Source of the DNA: an uncultured Thermoleophilia bacterium
GTDB lineage: Bacteria; Actinomycetota; Thermoleophilia; UBA2241
NCBI GenBank assembly: GCA_963715985.1
Contig: CAVQSP010000014.1
Location: 736,001-800,000, forward strand
Direction of reading: 5' to 3'
Length of the DNA: 64,000 nt
The notes under the pieces are model-generated. The model worked only from the letters and a program-made list of their open reading frames with translations. It did not search any database and was not told the origin of the DNA. Position 1 is the first letter of the stretch. Each line of letters begins with the position of its first letter. Of this stretch, positions 1 to 12,047 are shown in pieces. The translations under genes were made by a program, and so were the position numbers.

Positions 1-320
1 ATGAGCTTGCGCACGCCGGCGGCGAACGCCTCGCCGATGACGTTGGTCTCGATCTGCAGGTTCTGGAAGACGAACTCCCAAGGCTGCTCCCAGTTGGCCA
101 GGATGCCGCCCACCTTGGCGGCGGCGACGATGACCACCTCGGGCTTCTCCACCGAGAAGAAGTGGCGCGTGGCGCGCTGGTCGGTGAGGTCGAGCTCGTC
201 GAGGTCGCGGACGACGAGGTTCTCGTAGCCGGCCTCGTGCAAGGCGCGGAGGATCGCGCCGCCGACGAGGCCGGTGTGGCCGGCGAGGTAGATGCGCGTG
301 AGATGGGAGAGTGCGTCCAC
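1..320 (-). CDS. fcl: GDP-L-fucose synthase, N-terminal part (runs off window)
   Basis: Manual translation from GTG 320: RIYLAGHTGLVGGAI...DELDLTDQ...AAAKVGGILAN...NLQIETNVI, typical Fcl/WcaG motifs. Confidence 0.9.
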   Translation of the reverse strand, partial: MDALSHLTRIYLAGHTGLVGGAILRALHEAGYENLVVRDLDELDLTDQRATRHFFSVEKPEVVIVAAAKVGGILANWEQPWEFVFQNLQIETNVIGEAFAAGVRKL

Positions 321-332
321 GGCTCAAGTCTA
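321..332 (-). promoter_or_regulatory. -10 box TAGACT 6 nt upstream of the fcl GTG; likely leaderless mRNA
   Basis: Minus strand reads TAGACT-tgagcc-GTG with no Shine-Dalgarno. Confidence 0.45.
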
Positions 333-594
333 CCAGCCGACGCGGAGCCTGCTGGTCAGCGGCGGTTCCACCGCGGACGCGGCGCCGGCCACATACGGGT
401 CGCGTTCGCACGCAGGAGCGGCGCCTCATGGGGCGCGGGCGCCCGTCCTCAGGGCAGGCTGCGGTGTCAGGCAAAGGTCAGCCCCCGAGCCCCGCGGCCG
501 GAAGCGACATGAGAGGCCGCCCCCGACCGCGGCAGACTCATCACAACCACCGAACCACTTTCGCCGATTTCGACCGGGAGCAACGCGATGAAGG

Positions 595-621
595 TAAGGT
601 ACTGGCGCGACTGACCGATAT
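595..621 (+). promoter_or_regulatory. sigma-28 (FliA/WhiG)-like promoter
   Basis: TAAG-N15-ACCGATAT versus consensus TAAA-N15-GCCGATAA, upstream of ORF 687. Confidence 0.45.
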
Positions 622-686
622 CGCTTGACGGCTGGCGTGTTCGTTGGCGGAGTAGACTGCCCTATCAGCAGCGAAAGGAGCCAGTT

Positions 687-1181
687 ATGCGTAGGGGGTA
701 CTGGGCCGGAGTCGTCATCATCGTGATCCTGGTGGTGGTGGCGGGGTGCGGGACAGGCTGCGGGAACGAAAGCGGGAGCGTCGCCACACCGGCATCGAGC
801 GCCACACCTACAGTGGGCGCCTCGCCGTCCTCAGGCACCACTCCGACATCAGGGGCTACTCCGGCCGCGGGTGCGAAGCTGGCGGTGCTGACGGGCGACA
901 GCACCGGACGGGACGAGCAGCAATCGATCCCCTTCAGCCTCAACGCTGGGGACCCGCTCGAAGTCCGCTACTCGGTCGCGCGCGGTTCCGGACCCGTCCA
1001 CCCTACGGTCGTCATCCGCCTGAGTACGTGGTCGGATTCGCCCGTCGACGCAGCATCACTGACCCTGAACAAGGCCGGCAAGGGATACGGGCCGCCGTGG
1101 ACGGCGCCCGACGACGGGCAGTACACCGTCTCCGTGGAGAGCGTGAACGCAGAGTATCGCGTCACCGTCACCAGGAAGTAG
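687..1181 (+). CDS. Putative lipoprotein with Ser/Thr/Pro linker and small beta-sandwich domain
   Basis: SD aaaggag; hydrophobic signal ending VAGC lipobox; S/T/P/A-rich linker. Confidence 0.7.
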   Translation: MRRGYWAGVVIIVILVVVAGCGTGCGNESGSVATPASSATPTVGASPSSGTTPTSGATPAAGAKLAVLTGDSTGRDEQQSIPFSLNAGDPLEVRYSVARGSGPVHPTVVIRLSTWSDSPVDAASLTLNKAGKGYGPPWTAPDDGQYTVSVESVNAEYRVTVTRK

Positions 1182-1296
1182 GGAGCGGGACGCACAGATG
1201 TCCCGTGCCCTTACCAGTCTCCGAACCCGATCGCAGGCCAGCGGACGGGCGAACCCCTGCCGAGCTCGCCCGTCCGCTCCACGCTTCCAGTCTGTC

Positions 1297-2770
1297 CTAT
1301 CCCTGGGTGACGTTCACCGTCCCCGAGGAGAAGCCGTAGATGCCCCACGCGTCGCTGTGCGTGGCGCGGGAGTAGGCATAGACGCGGTAGCCCGTGCCGG
1401 CGGCACGTCGAGGGTGACGCTGTCCTCGAAGGGCAGGCTGGCGGCGGCGTGGAGCTTGCCCGCATACCAGCCGTTCGTGGGGCTCACCACCCAGATGCTG
1501 AACTCGCAGCTCGCGACCGCGGCGTCGGTCGTCCAGCTCACGGCCAGCGGGTCGCCCTGGCTCTTACCGGTGGCGGCGAGGGGCGCGACCATGATCGCGC
1601 TGAACACGGCGACGAAGTGGGCGGTGACCGTCTTGTCGGCGTCCATGGTCACGGTCGTCGAGGCGGCGTTCGAATCGGCCACGTCGCCCTCCCAGTGGTG
1701 GAAGGCGCAGCCGGGATCGGGCGTGGCCGTGACGGGCACGAGCGCGCCGGCATCGTAGGTGTGGCTGCCGGCGGGCGGCGTGGTGCTACCGCCGGTCCCC
1801 GCCACCATGGTGAGGACTTGGGTGGCGGCCACCGGCAACGGGTTGACAAGCACCGCCACGATCGCCCACCAGGCGTCGGTAGTTGCCGTCCAACTCATAG
1901 TGACCGAGCCACCGGCGACCTGCTCTGTGCTTGCCGCGCCCAGTGCGTTGGACGTGGATGTGTTCCACCGCTGCGCCTGGCCCGCGTCTACCGTCACAGT
2001 CTGTCCGGACGAGTAGCCCACAAACACGTTGTCGAACACCAGTTCATCACCGGTTAGCCCGTTCAGGGTCACGGAGGGGGTCTTGTTCTGGGCGGTTGCG
2101 CTGGCGCCAGCTGGAGTGCCGAGCGGCGCGGTCTGATCCACGCCGGCGAAGTTGACCGCTCCGGCCACGATGCCGCTGCTGACCGCACCGCTCAGGGTGA
2201 CGGTCACCGTTCCCGTGACGCCCTTCGGCGGGCCAAGCAGCCTGTAGATAGCGGAGTGGCGATGCGTCGTCGTCGTCGGTGCACACCTCTGGGCTATCAC
2301 CTCGCTCAGAGCGATGGGCGAACCTTCCCCAGGTGTGAACGCAACAGAGGTGATGGTCTGGTTGCTACCGCTGGTCGTGCCGCAGTTCCAGGACACGCCG
2401 ACGAGCATCAACCGATCGGTGCCGGTGCCTGTAGTGTGCGGGAAGATCACACTGCTTACGGCGGCGGCGCCCGTGCCGCTAGACGGGGTGCCGTCGACGC
2501 TGAGCGGCATCGGCACGTACTCGCCAAAGGTGGCCGTGACGGTCTTGCTGCCGTTCATGGCTAAGGTCTTCGGGTTCGAGCCGCCGGTCATGTCCCCGCT
2601 CCAGCCGCCGAACTCCCACCCACTGTCGGGTATCGCCGTCAGCGAGACCACGTCCGTGTAGTGGTAGGTCGGCAGGTTGGGAAGCCAGATGACCGTGCCC
2701 TGACCGACGGTATTGACCGTCAGGGAGTACTCCAGTTGCGTGAAGTGGGCCGTGACCGTCTTGTCCGCAA
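1297..2770 (-). pseudogene. 5'-truncated surface protein with InlB B-repeat-like domains and one copy of the shared C-terminal domain
   Basis: Frame begins abruptly at (V)ADKTVTAHF with no start or signal; repeats LTAIPDSGWEFGGWSGD and ATPDPGCAFHHWEGD; ends FSIWVVSPTNGWY...GYRVYAYSR...WGIYGFSSGTVNVTQG* after a frameshift near 1410. Confidence 0.6.
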
Positions 2771-2914
2771 CTCATCCGGCAGGTTGACGCCTTCGCTGAG
2801 CATGATGGGGGCCTGCTCGAGGGTGCGCTGCACCACGTCGCGCGGCTGCTGCAAGCGCAGGGTCAGAGACGCACCAGGCGGGGGCTGGCGCTCCGAAAGC
2901 GCCCTGACGGAGAC

Positions 2915-4583
2915 CTACCGCTTGATCGTCAAGCTCCCCGCACTCCGTGCGCTCGCCAACATCATGTCCGACCACCAGTGCTCCACGACGACGCGGTACC
3001 CTCTTCCGGCCGGCGCGTTCACCTTCCAGCGGGCTGAGTACGACTTGACAGTGCCGACGACCTCGACCGGCCTGGACGCGCCTGTGATCCGGTAGCGAGT
3101 GCCCGACGCGCTCACCGCCCACACGCGGAACACACCCGCGCCGACTGGGTCCGAGAGCTTCCAGCGGACTGTCTGATTCGTCCCACGCCGCCATATGGCG
3201 GCACCATTCGGCGAGGTCACGCTGATGCGCGCACCGGAGATGACCTTGACGCCGTCTATGGTGCGAGCCTCGCTCTGTGCTTCGCCAGAATCCGACTCGT
3301 ACCGCACGATGATCTGGTAGGTGTCCTCGCCCGGGAGAGCGACGCTGTAAATCCACTCGTAGTCCGTGCTGCCCGAAACTGCCGCCACCGGCGACCCCGG
3401 CACGGTGAGCTGGGTCCGGTCGCCGCCGGGCGACGACGCCCAGACCGTGAATCGGCCAGAGCTCACAGGAGCATCCACCGTCCAGCCGATAGTCTGCTGG
3501 CTGCCGCGTCGCCACGTCTTGACACCGGTGGGTGAAGTGATCGTGACGACCGGCCCCACATCAGCGGCGAAGCTCGCACTGATCGTGTGGTCGGCTTGCA
3601 CGTTGGTGAACTCATACGAACTGCGGATGCCGACGCTGGCGCCGTCGACGCGCACATCGGCGACGTGGTAGCCGAGGTCGGCGCCGATGGTGAAGAGGAC
3701 GCTGCCGCCGGCAGTGACGGTCTGCGGCACCGGTGGACCGATCCAGCCGTGGGCGTCGGGCTGCGGGCGTGATTGTGTACTTGCGCTGGGTGTCCACCTC
3801 GAAGGTCGCGCCAATGGTGTGGTTCGCCTGCACGTTCGTGAACTCATACGTACTGCGGATGCCGACGCTGGCGCCGTCGACGAGCACGTCTGCGATGTGA
3901 TAGCCGGGGTCGGCGCTGATCGTGAAGGAGACACTGCCGCCGGCGGCGACGCTCTGCGGCACCGGCGGGCTTATGCGGCCGTGGTCGGCGGGCAAGGGGG
4001 TGATGGTGAACGGACCCCCGGTGTCGACCGCGAAGGTGGCGCTGATCGTATGGTCCGCCTGCACGTTGGTGAACTCGTACGAACTGCGGATGCCGACGCT
4101 GACGCCGTCGACGAGCACGTCCACGACGTGGTAGCCGGGGTCGGCACCGATCGTGAACAGGGCGCTGCCGCCGGCCGTGACGCTCTGCGGCACCGGAGGG
4201 CCGATCCAGCCGTGTGCGCTGGGCAAGGGGGTGATGGTGAACGGGCCCTCGGCGTTCACCGCGAAGGTGACGCTGATCGTGTGATCGGCCTGCACGTTCG
4301 TGAATCCGTAGGCGGTGCGGACGCCGACGCTGAGGTCGTCGACGAGCACGTCTACGATGTGATAGCCGGGGTCGGCACCGATCCTGAAGAGGGCGCTTGC
4401 GCCGGCGATAACGCTCTGCTCCGTCGCCGGGTCGATCCAGCCGTGGTCGCCGGCGGAGGGAGTGATGGTGAACGTCTGGGGCGGCCCCGGCTGTGCCGTG
4501 ACCTGGGCTGGTTGCCAAGCATAGGCCGCGCTCAGGACCAGGACCGAGCCCACGAGAAGGAGGGCCGAGAGCATCAACTTCAT
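2915..4583 (-). CDS. Secreted protein with 4 divergent InlB B-repeat-like domains and 2 C-terminal Ig-like (ITSPxG..W) domains; frameshift near 3760
   Basis: Signal peptide MKLMLSALLLVGSVLVLSAAYA; joins ORFs 3612-4607 and 2915-3934. Confidence 0.75.
3550..4472 (-). repeat. Four tandem 231-bp (77-aa) intragenic repeats
   Basis: (F/Y)TITP units start at 4472, 4241, 4010 and 3779; each has ADxGYH..DV.VD..SVG.R..Y.FTNVQA(D/N)HTI. Confidence 0.9.
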
Positions 4584-4838
4584 GTGAGTACGGCCCGGTG
4601 ACTTCACGATTCCACCCCCGGATCTGCCCGGTGACCGTCACGCCACACAGGCCGCCATCTGTCGAGTGCAGGCGCGGCGTTCCGCAGGCTTTGACCTTCG
4701 CTCCGACCCGCAGCAGCCTGCGAATGCACGCCTTCGTGAAGCAAGAGAGTACATGACGTCGGGGGCACTGGCAAAAGGCGCACGCTTGAGCACTTCGTGG
4801 ACCGCCACCTCGCCGCCACGCCGACTCCTGGCCTCCGG

Positions 4839-6504
4839 TCAAGCCGGGGCGGACCCAGAACTCTTCGCGCGGCCCGCACGTACGCGCTTGCCGTCATCGT
4901 CCTCGCGGTAGTAGTACCGCGGCGCGTAGTAGCTGCTGCCCCCCTTGCGACGCGCGACGATCACGCCGAGCAGCGCGCACGGTACCTTGTCGAGCTGCTC
5001 GCGGGCCTGCACGAGTTGCTGCTTGCGCACGACATCCGGCTCGACCAGGAAGAGCAGCCCGTCGACCTTGTCGGCGAGCGCGGGCGTGTCGCCCACGGCC
5101 AGCATTGCCGGCGAGTCGACGAGGACTATGTCGGCCAGCGAGGCCAGCGCTTCGATGATGCCGGCCAGGCGTTTGGAGGAGACGATCTCGCCGGGATTGG
5201 GCGCATGAGGGCCGCTGGGTAGCACGTACAGGCGGGACTTCGCGTCTGATCCCGACGCCCAGTCGGCGAAGCCCGCGCCGTTCCCGGCCGTCTGAGGCAG
5301 CACTGGCACGGCCTGCAGCGAGTCGTTGAGCTGCGTCTGGCCGGTCACTACGGTGGAGACGCCGCGGTCGTTGGTGAGGCCGAAGTACTTGTGCACTCGT
5401 GGCCGCCGCAGGTCGGCGTCGACCACGACCACCTTGTTGCCGCCCAGCGCCATCGTCACGGCGAGGTTCGCCACGGTGACGCTCTTCCCCTCGCCCTGCA
5501 GGCAGCTGGTGAGCACCACCGAGCGCACATCGCCCTCGACGTTCATGAAGGCCAGGTTGGTGCGCAGCATGCGAAAGGCCTCCGCCGAGGTCCCGTCGGG
5601 TTCGCTGATCGTCACAAGCGCCGACTGGTCGAGCAGCCGTCTGGAAATGCGTGGGATGCGCGCCAGGATCGGCTGGCGCAGAAGCTCGACCACGTCGGAG
5701 TCCGTACGCACGCTCGTGTCGAGCAGCTCCAGGAGGAACGCCAGACCCAAGGCGACGAAGAGGCCGAGAGCCAGGCCGATCGCCGCGCTACGCCAGGGCT
5801 TCGGCGCGTACGGCGCCTCCGGCACGGTGGCAGGCACGACGACCCTGAAGCCGCCGTTTGCCGTCCCCTGGAGTATCTCAAGGTCGTGCAGCCTCTGCTT
5901 CAAGATGATGTAGTCCGACGAGGCCTGCTGAGTGCGCGTCGTCATCCTGTCCACCGACTTCTGCACGACGTCGATGGCGTCACCGATCTGCTCCCTCTGC
6001 TGCTCCTGACGTAGTGAGATGAACGCGGTCGCGTACGCGTTTGCGACGACCGCGGCGAGCTCGGCGTCGCTGCTCCGGGCGTTGACGGCGACCACACTGG
6101 AGTAGGTCGTCGTCCCGGCCGTCTGATCGGCTCCGGCCACCACCTCGGCCCCGACGGTGTAGCCGGTCTGGAGGGAACCGGCGCCGTGCCGTGCGACGAC
6201 AAGCGCGTCGGCCCGCTTCTTGAGCTCGGGACTGGTGATCACGGTACCGACGCTCTGGAGCTCGACCGTCCGCTGGGTCGGGATCGACGTAGTTGGACGC
6301 GGACAACGGGTTGGCAACGTTGACGGAGTTCTCGTACATGAGCTGCGCCGACGCGGAGTACATCTTCGTCTGCGCGGCCGAGAGGCCGTACGCGACGCCC
6401 GTCGCCAGCACGACGACCAGCGCCACAAGCCATTTGCGGCGCCAGACGACGGCGAGGTAGTCCCGCAGGGTGGCGCCTTCGGCTCTGTCCACTGTAGTCA
6501 CCAT
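4839..6504 (-). CDS. Polysaccharide co-polymerase / tyrosine autokinase (Wzc, CpsCD fusion); frameshift near 6280
   Basis: N-terminal LRDYLAVVWRRKWL, EAFRMLRTN, Walker A GEGKS, DADLRRP, Tyr cluster SSYYAPRYYY. Confidence 0.9.
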
Positions 6505-6607
6505 GAATGCTTCATCGTCGCGCGCACTACCGAGAATGATCGATGGGGACGCGCGACGTGCGCTGTGAGTGTATCAGGACTCAGGGTGGCCGCGCCGGGC
6601 CTGCGCT

Positions 6608-7710
6608 TCAGCAAGCGCCCCGGCACTGCAGCACGACGACCACGGTCTTGAACATGATCTTCGCGTCGAGCAGCGGACTCCACTCCAGCACGTACTTCGA
6701 GTCGAGCTTGACGGCGTCCTCGAAGCAGAGGTCGCTTCTGCCCGACACCTGCCACATGCCCGTCACTCCGGGCTTGACCAGCAGCCGGGTGAAGTGGCCG
6801 GGCTCGTAGAGCTCGACCTCACTGGGCTGAGAGGGCCTCGGCCCGACCAGGCTCATGTCCCCGCGCAGGACGTTCCACAGCTGCGGCAGCTCGTCAATGC
6901 TTGTCTTTCGCAGGACACGGCCCAGCCGAGTAACGCGTGGATCACACTCGATCTTGACGAACCGCGGATCGGCCGCGCACGCCGCGCGCAGCTTCGCCTC
7001 TTCGGCATGGGCGCCGGCCACCATCGTGCGGAACTTGAAGATCCGGAAGACCCTGCCGTTCATGCCGACCCGGTCCTGGGTGAAGATCACCGGTCCGGGG
7101 GACTCGAGGCGGATCAGCAGCGCGACCAGCGCCATGAGTGGCAGCAACAGAGTGAGCGTCAGGGCCGCGACGACGACATCCGTGGCCCGCTTCCAGGCCC
7201 GGGCCAGCGCCTGCCATACCCCGCGTCCGGCGTGCACCACCGGCACTTCCGCCCAGCCGAGACCGGTCAGGAGGTGGTAGACGCAGCCCAGGCTCTCGGG
7301 CATGACGCGAAACGCTCTCCCCTCGCTCGATGAGCCGCCACGTCGCGGTGACGGCATGATGTGCGTCATCTGGCGCAAAAGCCAGAACGAACTCGTCGCC
7401 GCGTCACGCAACTCCTCGCGCGGGACTTCGGCGAGCGGACCCGTCACCGGCAGCCCGAACGACTCGCGAACCGCGCGGCTCGGACGGCGGGTGTCGATGA
7501 CGAGGCTGCAGCGGTCCGCGACATCCGCAGAGTCGCACAGTCGCGAGACGGCCGTGGCCGCGGAGTCGCCGGAGCCGATGATGACAAGTGGCCGGGGACC
7601 GCCGCGTGTGCCGCCACGACCGCGCGACACTCGACGGCGCTCGGCCTGACGCTGAGGCCCCGCCGGCCATCCCGCCGGAGCGGCTCGACCGCCGCGACGA
7701 CCTCACTCAT
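6608..7710 (-). CDS. Priming sugar transferase (polyprenyl glycosylphosphotransferase); start uncertain
   Basis: KRATD, FKFRTM, DPRVTRLGRVLRKTSIDELPQLWNVLRGDMSLVGPRP, KPGVTGMWQV. Confidence 0.9.
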
Positions 7711-7795
7711 GTCTACCGACGTTGCCAACTAGGTATTGCCCCTTACCGCTTTCGCCGCAGGCCGACCGACTTGAAAGTTTAGTGCATTCGCGCCC

Positions 7796-9086
7796 TCAGT
7801 GACAATGTTCGAGCACGCGCGCGAACGCCCTCTCAAGCAGCCTGTCCCGGTCCAGAAACGCCTCGGCGAACGCCCTCGCGTTGGCCCCCTGCCTGGCTCG
7901 TCGCTCGGCGTCGGCGATCAACGCGTCGACCGCCTCCGCGATCGCGGCCGGGTCTCCGGGCTCGACGACCGTTCCCACGTCGTGCACTCGCACAAGCTCA
8001 GCCAGGGTTGTTCCCACCGTCGCGGTCGCGATAACCGGCCTTCCGCTCGCCAGCATGTTGGTCAGCTTCGACGGCATGACCAGATCAGCCACGTCGGCCG
8101 CCTGGACGATGAGGTGCGCATCGGCCAGGTTGAGCAGCTCGTTGAACGACTCGTCCGGCTGGAGCGGCACCCTGACGAGGTTCGTCAGACCGTGCGTGGC
8201 CGCGGCCGCCGCGAGCGCCTCGCTGTCGGCGCCGTCGCCGGAAACGACGTAGACTACGGGTGACCCGGACTCCTGCGAACGCCGCGCCGCGTCGCCAATC
8301 AAGGCGACACCTTGTTTGCGGCCGAGGTTGCCCGTGTACAGAGACCACCGGCCTGTCGTCGGCGATGCCGAGCGAGGCGCGGAAGCGCGAAGGCCGGTCG
8401 AGCGGCCGCACCAGCGACAGGTTGGCCCAGTTCGGCAGCAGGACCAGCTTCTCCGCGGGCACGCCGAGCTCTCGCTGCGACGCCCAGCATCGGCTCGGTG
8501 ATGGAGGTCACGATGTCGAAGCCCCGCAGGAGCCTGCTCTCGAGCCACTTGAGGGCCGCGCGTCCCGCCGGCGGGAGCAGCCCGAGCCGGACGGCGACAT
8601 CCACCTCGTAGTCCTGGACGTGCAGCCAGCTGCGTGCCTCGGCAGAGGCGCGCCGCCAGCAAAGCGCCCGGCGCGCTCGCCAGCGTCGGCGCGACCACGA
8701 GGATGAAGTCCGGCCTCCAAGCGGCGTGCCCGAGCACGACGGGCAGGCTGGAGGCGGCGAAGGTCGCGTAGTGCGCGAGCCGCCTGAGGCCGGTCGGCAC
8801 CGCCGGGATCCACGAGGGCAGCGCAGCACCGTCACGCCTTCCCCACGCTCGCCGCCGATAGCCAAGGCGCGGATCCTCCGGCCGCCGGCGCCACTCGGGA
8901 TAGTACGGATAGGTGGTCACGACGCGCACGTCCCAGCCCTGTCCGGCGAACCACTCGGCGATGTCACGTGTGTACGGCGCCGTCCCCAGGATCTCCGGCG
9001 CGTAGTTGACGCAGCAGATGAGGAGGCGTGGCTCCGCGTCTCCACATCCGGCTCTGAGTGCTCAAGTCTTGCCCCCGGCTCCTCAT
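7796..9086 (-). CDS. WcaI-like GT4 glycosyltransferase (frameshifted)
   Basis: VNYAPEILGTAPYT, VVTTYPYYPEW, LHVQDYEVD, YTGNLGRKQG, MPSKLTNMLASGRP. Confidence 0.85.
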
Positions 9087-9315
9087 GACCGGTCGAGTCC
9101 GCTCCGTGCCGTGTAGCTGACACACAGCCTAGATGAATGACCGCGCACTCCCTCGTCGGACGCCTGCGGCAGCGACTTAGGACCGCCGGTCCGCCGAGTT
9201 CGTTCAACGAGGCGCGTTCGTTGACGTCGTGGCCATGGACGGTCGACGTGGACTCGCACCGCTTCAGAGGAACACAGCGCTCATGATCTCCGCCCCATGA
9301 TGGTGGCATGGTCCG

Positions 9316-10066
9316 TCATGGTCTTGGATGGCATGAAGCACCTTGGAGCGACCGACAAGAAATGAGCTGGCGGGGTGATGAGCCAGAAGTGCGAGAGAGA
9401 TAGGGACTTACGCTGTCAGTCAGCACGTGGAACGAGCCGCTGGTGTAGAGATTGAGGGCGAGCTTGTCGGCAATGACCTGCAGCGTCTTGGGTTGGAAGA
9501 ACGAAACGTGTTGACCGGTTTCGAAGGCGTAGTACCACCACGATTCGGGCTCTGGCGGAGCGCCCTCAAACAGTGTGGTAGAGAAGACCATGGTACGTGT
9601 GTTGGCATGCTCAATGGACTCAGCGACAAAACGCAGTGGGTCTGGAACATGTTCCAGCACTTCAAAAGCAGTGGCAGCTGCGTACGGAGACGCCGGCCTC
9701 GGCCTCTTCGAATCCGCGCGCGAACAGGTTCGAGCAATCATGTCCGACCAGTAGAAGTCAAAGCCTATGTCGCGCATGAGGCGAGCCAGCATGCCGTACC
9801 CCCCCGGCGACATCGAGGTACTTACCCTGTCGGTCAAACAGGAGGAACAGGATCGTAGACAGCGTCTTCGAGATGGCCACATTCCTTTGGACCAATCCGG
9901 TGTCTGCCGCAGCTATTGCACTCGCGTGCGCCTCATCGAGCCAGTAGGGTTCCTGCGTTTGAAGGAAGCCGCACGTCTCGCAGTAGTGGTAGTCGCAGGA
10001 GTACTTTGTGAGGATTGTATGGGAGAAGGCGAGCTTGGCGGCTCCACCGCAGATTCTGCAATTCAC
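9316..10066 (-). CDS. Class I SAM-dependent methyltransferase with N-terminal Zn ribbon (frameshifted)
   Basis: CRICG...CETCGFLQT, YLDVAGGYG, AFEVLEHVPDP, GQHVSFF. Confidence 0.8.
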
Positions 10067-10313
10067 CGCACCACCACTCCTCACAGTTCCGCAGGATCCC
10101 ACAGTACTCGGCACGCTGTGCCTGCTTCCGAGCATGTCCAGAGGGGCAGGCGCTTTCGTGAGCACCGCTCCTTACGTCAGGACCTCCATTCTTCGGCCAT
10201 GGTAGCCGATTCGATCGAACACTTGAGACGGCTGGTCAGTCCCGAACTCGACCCAGCACTTCAGGCGTAACCTGCTCGCTTATGCTCAGACAGGCCTCTT
10301 CCGGTGGAGCTCA

Positions 10314-11873
10314 TCAACGACTTGGCCTCGGCCACAGACGTTGTTGCGGCAACCGACCGTCGGCCCTATGGATATCGTCGCCCTCAGGTTGGAGCGTTCC
10401 TCCCGCGCTCGCTTTCGCAATGGACGCGCAGCACAAGGCCAATGCCACATAAGCCCAGCCAAATCGCTGGCTCAGCAGCGGCGAGCTCATACTGTAGACG
10501 AAGAATGCCGCCCCGGCGGCGAAGAGGCTCGCAGCCAGCACCCGGAAACGGACGGTCACGGCTAGGCGGGCTCCGAGAAGTGAGCAGGCAAGCCCTCCCA
10601 GCATCACACAGAGCATGCCGGCCGCTGCTGGCAGCCCCCCCTCATACCACGCCTTGAGCAGGAGGTTGTGGGCGGACCTTGCTCCATCCGGGTTTGGACT
10701 GAGGAAGTCCAGGCCGTGGCCGACCAGACCGCCATTGCCGAGAGCCGCCCAGGTCGCTTTGTAGCCTTGTACTCGAGTCGTTACCGTCGAGTACTGCCCC
10801 CCTTCTGACCGACCGGTGGTAGACAGCAGCCTATCCACGGGAGTGGGGAGGCCGGCGCTGCCTTGCACCTGGGCCACTGCCACGGCCAAGGCCAGAGCGA
10901 CAAACGCGATCACCACCGGACGCAGGCCGCGAGACGAAATGACGATCCATGTGCCGACAGCGGCCATCGCAGCCGCCATTCCGGAGACCGAGCCCGACAG
11001 GACCACTGCCGCGACAATCGACGCAAGGGCGCCCACCCAGACCACGTACTCGCGAAGCCGCGTGGTAGTGACGAGGAGAGCGCACGCAGGTGCGATGACG
11101 GTGGCCGCGGCGGCCGCGAGTTCATTGGGATGCGGGGCGAAGCCGGTCATGCGCCCCGGTATGGGAGAACTCACGAACGGCAAGCCCACCCCACGGGCCT
11201 GCAGGATTGCGGCCACTCCGTCGATCGCGAGCGATACCGTCCACATGGCCATCGCGGCCCGGAGATGCCGGGGTCGCGTGAGGACAAGGGTCGCCAGCCA
11301 GAACCACACCAGCGTCAAATAGGCAAAACGCGCGACGTTGGCAGCCGAGGCGAGAGGAGCCAGGGCCTGAAACGTGGACAACAACCCCGCCACCACGTAC
11401 AGAACCACCCCGAGAATGACGAGGGCGGGGATGCGGAACGTGACCGTGCCTCGGCCCAGCGCGAGGCCCACAAGGGCAGCCCACAGAGCGGTGAAGAACA
11501 GCCAGTCCGAGACCGTGAAACCCCCCCACGGTCTCACCGCCGTCTGGCCGATGGTCAACATGCCTGCGTAGAACAGGAAGCGGGCCACGACGAGTGAATC
11601 CGAGCGCTCGCTCACGATTGCCGGGGGGAACGGCATGCGTTGTGAGGCCTGCGTGCTGCTCTTTCCGCCGACACCCAGGGATGGTCGCGGGTTCACGTAG
11701 CGCCGAGCGAGCAGCAGGATCGAAACTGCCGCGCAGGCGGCGACCAAAGCGAGAAGGAGCGGCTCGGGCAGCGCCACAGAGGCCACCGCGACGGCCACAG
11801 CAGCGCCCACTCCCAGGAGCATGGCGACACCCCGCCGATTCCACCGCGATGCACGTCCGCCAGTCAAGTCCAT
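10314..11873 (-). CDS. O-antigen ligase/polymerase (Wzy-like) membrane protein
   Basis: More than 10 hydrophobic segments, RMTGFAPHPNEL, AHNLLLKAWYEGG. Confidence 0.8.
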   Translation of the reverse strand: MDLTGGRASRWNRRGVAMLLGVGAAVAVAVASVALPEPLLLALVAACAAVSILLLARRYVNPRPSLGVGGKSSTQASQRMPFPPAIVSERSDSLVVARFLFYAGMLTIGQTAVRPWGGFTVSDWLFFTALWAALVGLALGRGTVTFRIPALVILGVVLYVVAGLLSTFQALAPLASAANVARFAYLTLVWFWLATLVLTRPRHLRAAMAMWTVSLAIDGVAAILQARGVGLPFVSSPIPGRMTGFAPHPNELAAAAATVIAPACALLVTTTRLREYVVWVGALASIVAAVVLSGSVSGMAAAMAAVGTWIVISSRGLRPVVIAFVALALAVAVAQVQGSAGLPTPVDRLLSTTGRSEGGQYSTVTTRVQGYKATWAALGNGGLVGHGLDFLSPNPDGARSAHNLLLKAWYEGGLPAAAGMLCVMLGGLACSLLGARLAVTVRFRVLAASLFAAGAAFFVYSMSSPLLSQRFGWAYVALALCCASIAKASAGGTLQPEGDDIHRADGRLPQQRLWPRPSR

Positions 11874-12047
11874 CTCCAGAAGCCAGCCCGACCGGTCGAC
11901 ACGCCGCGGAGGGTCGGCACGAGCAGCCTGGCACAGTCAGAGTTGAATCCGCGCTGGAATCCTAGCATCGCGAGAATCGTCGTGGCTGTCCTGCATCTGG
12001 TATTCTTCGCCCGCAGTCCGTCAGTCTTCACCCCTCGAGGATGACCA

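Noticed and set aside
625-658. TTGACG...TAGACT sigma70 promoter before ORF 687
   Set aside because: The spacer is 22 nt, too long for a canonical pair
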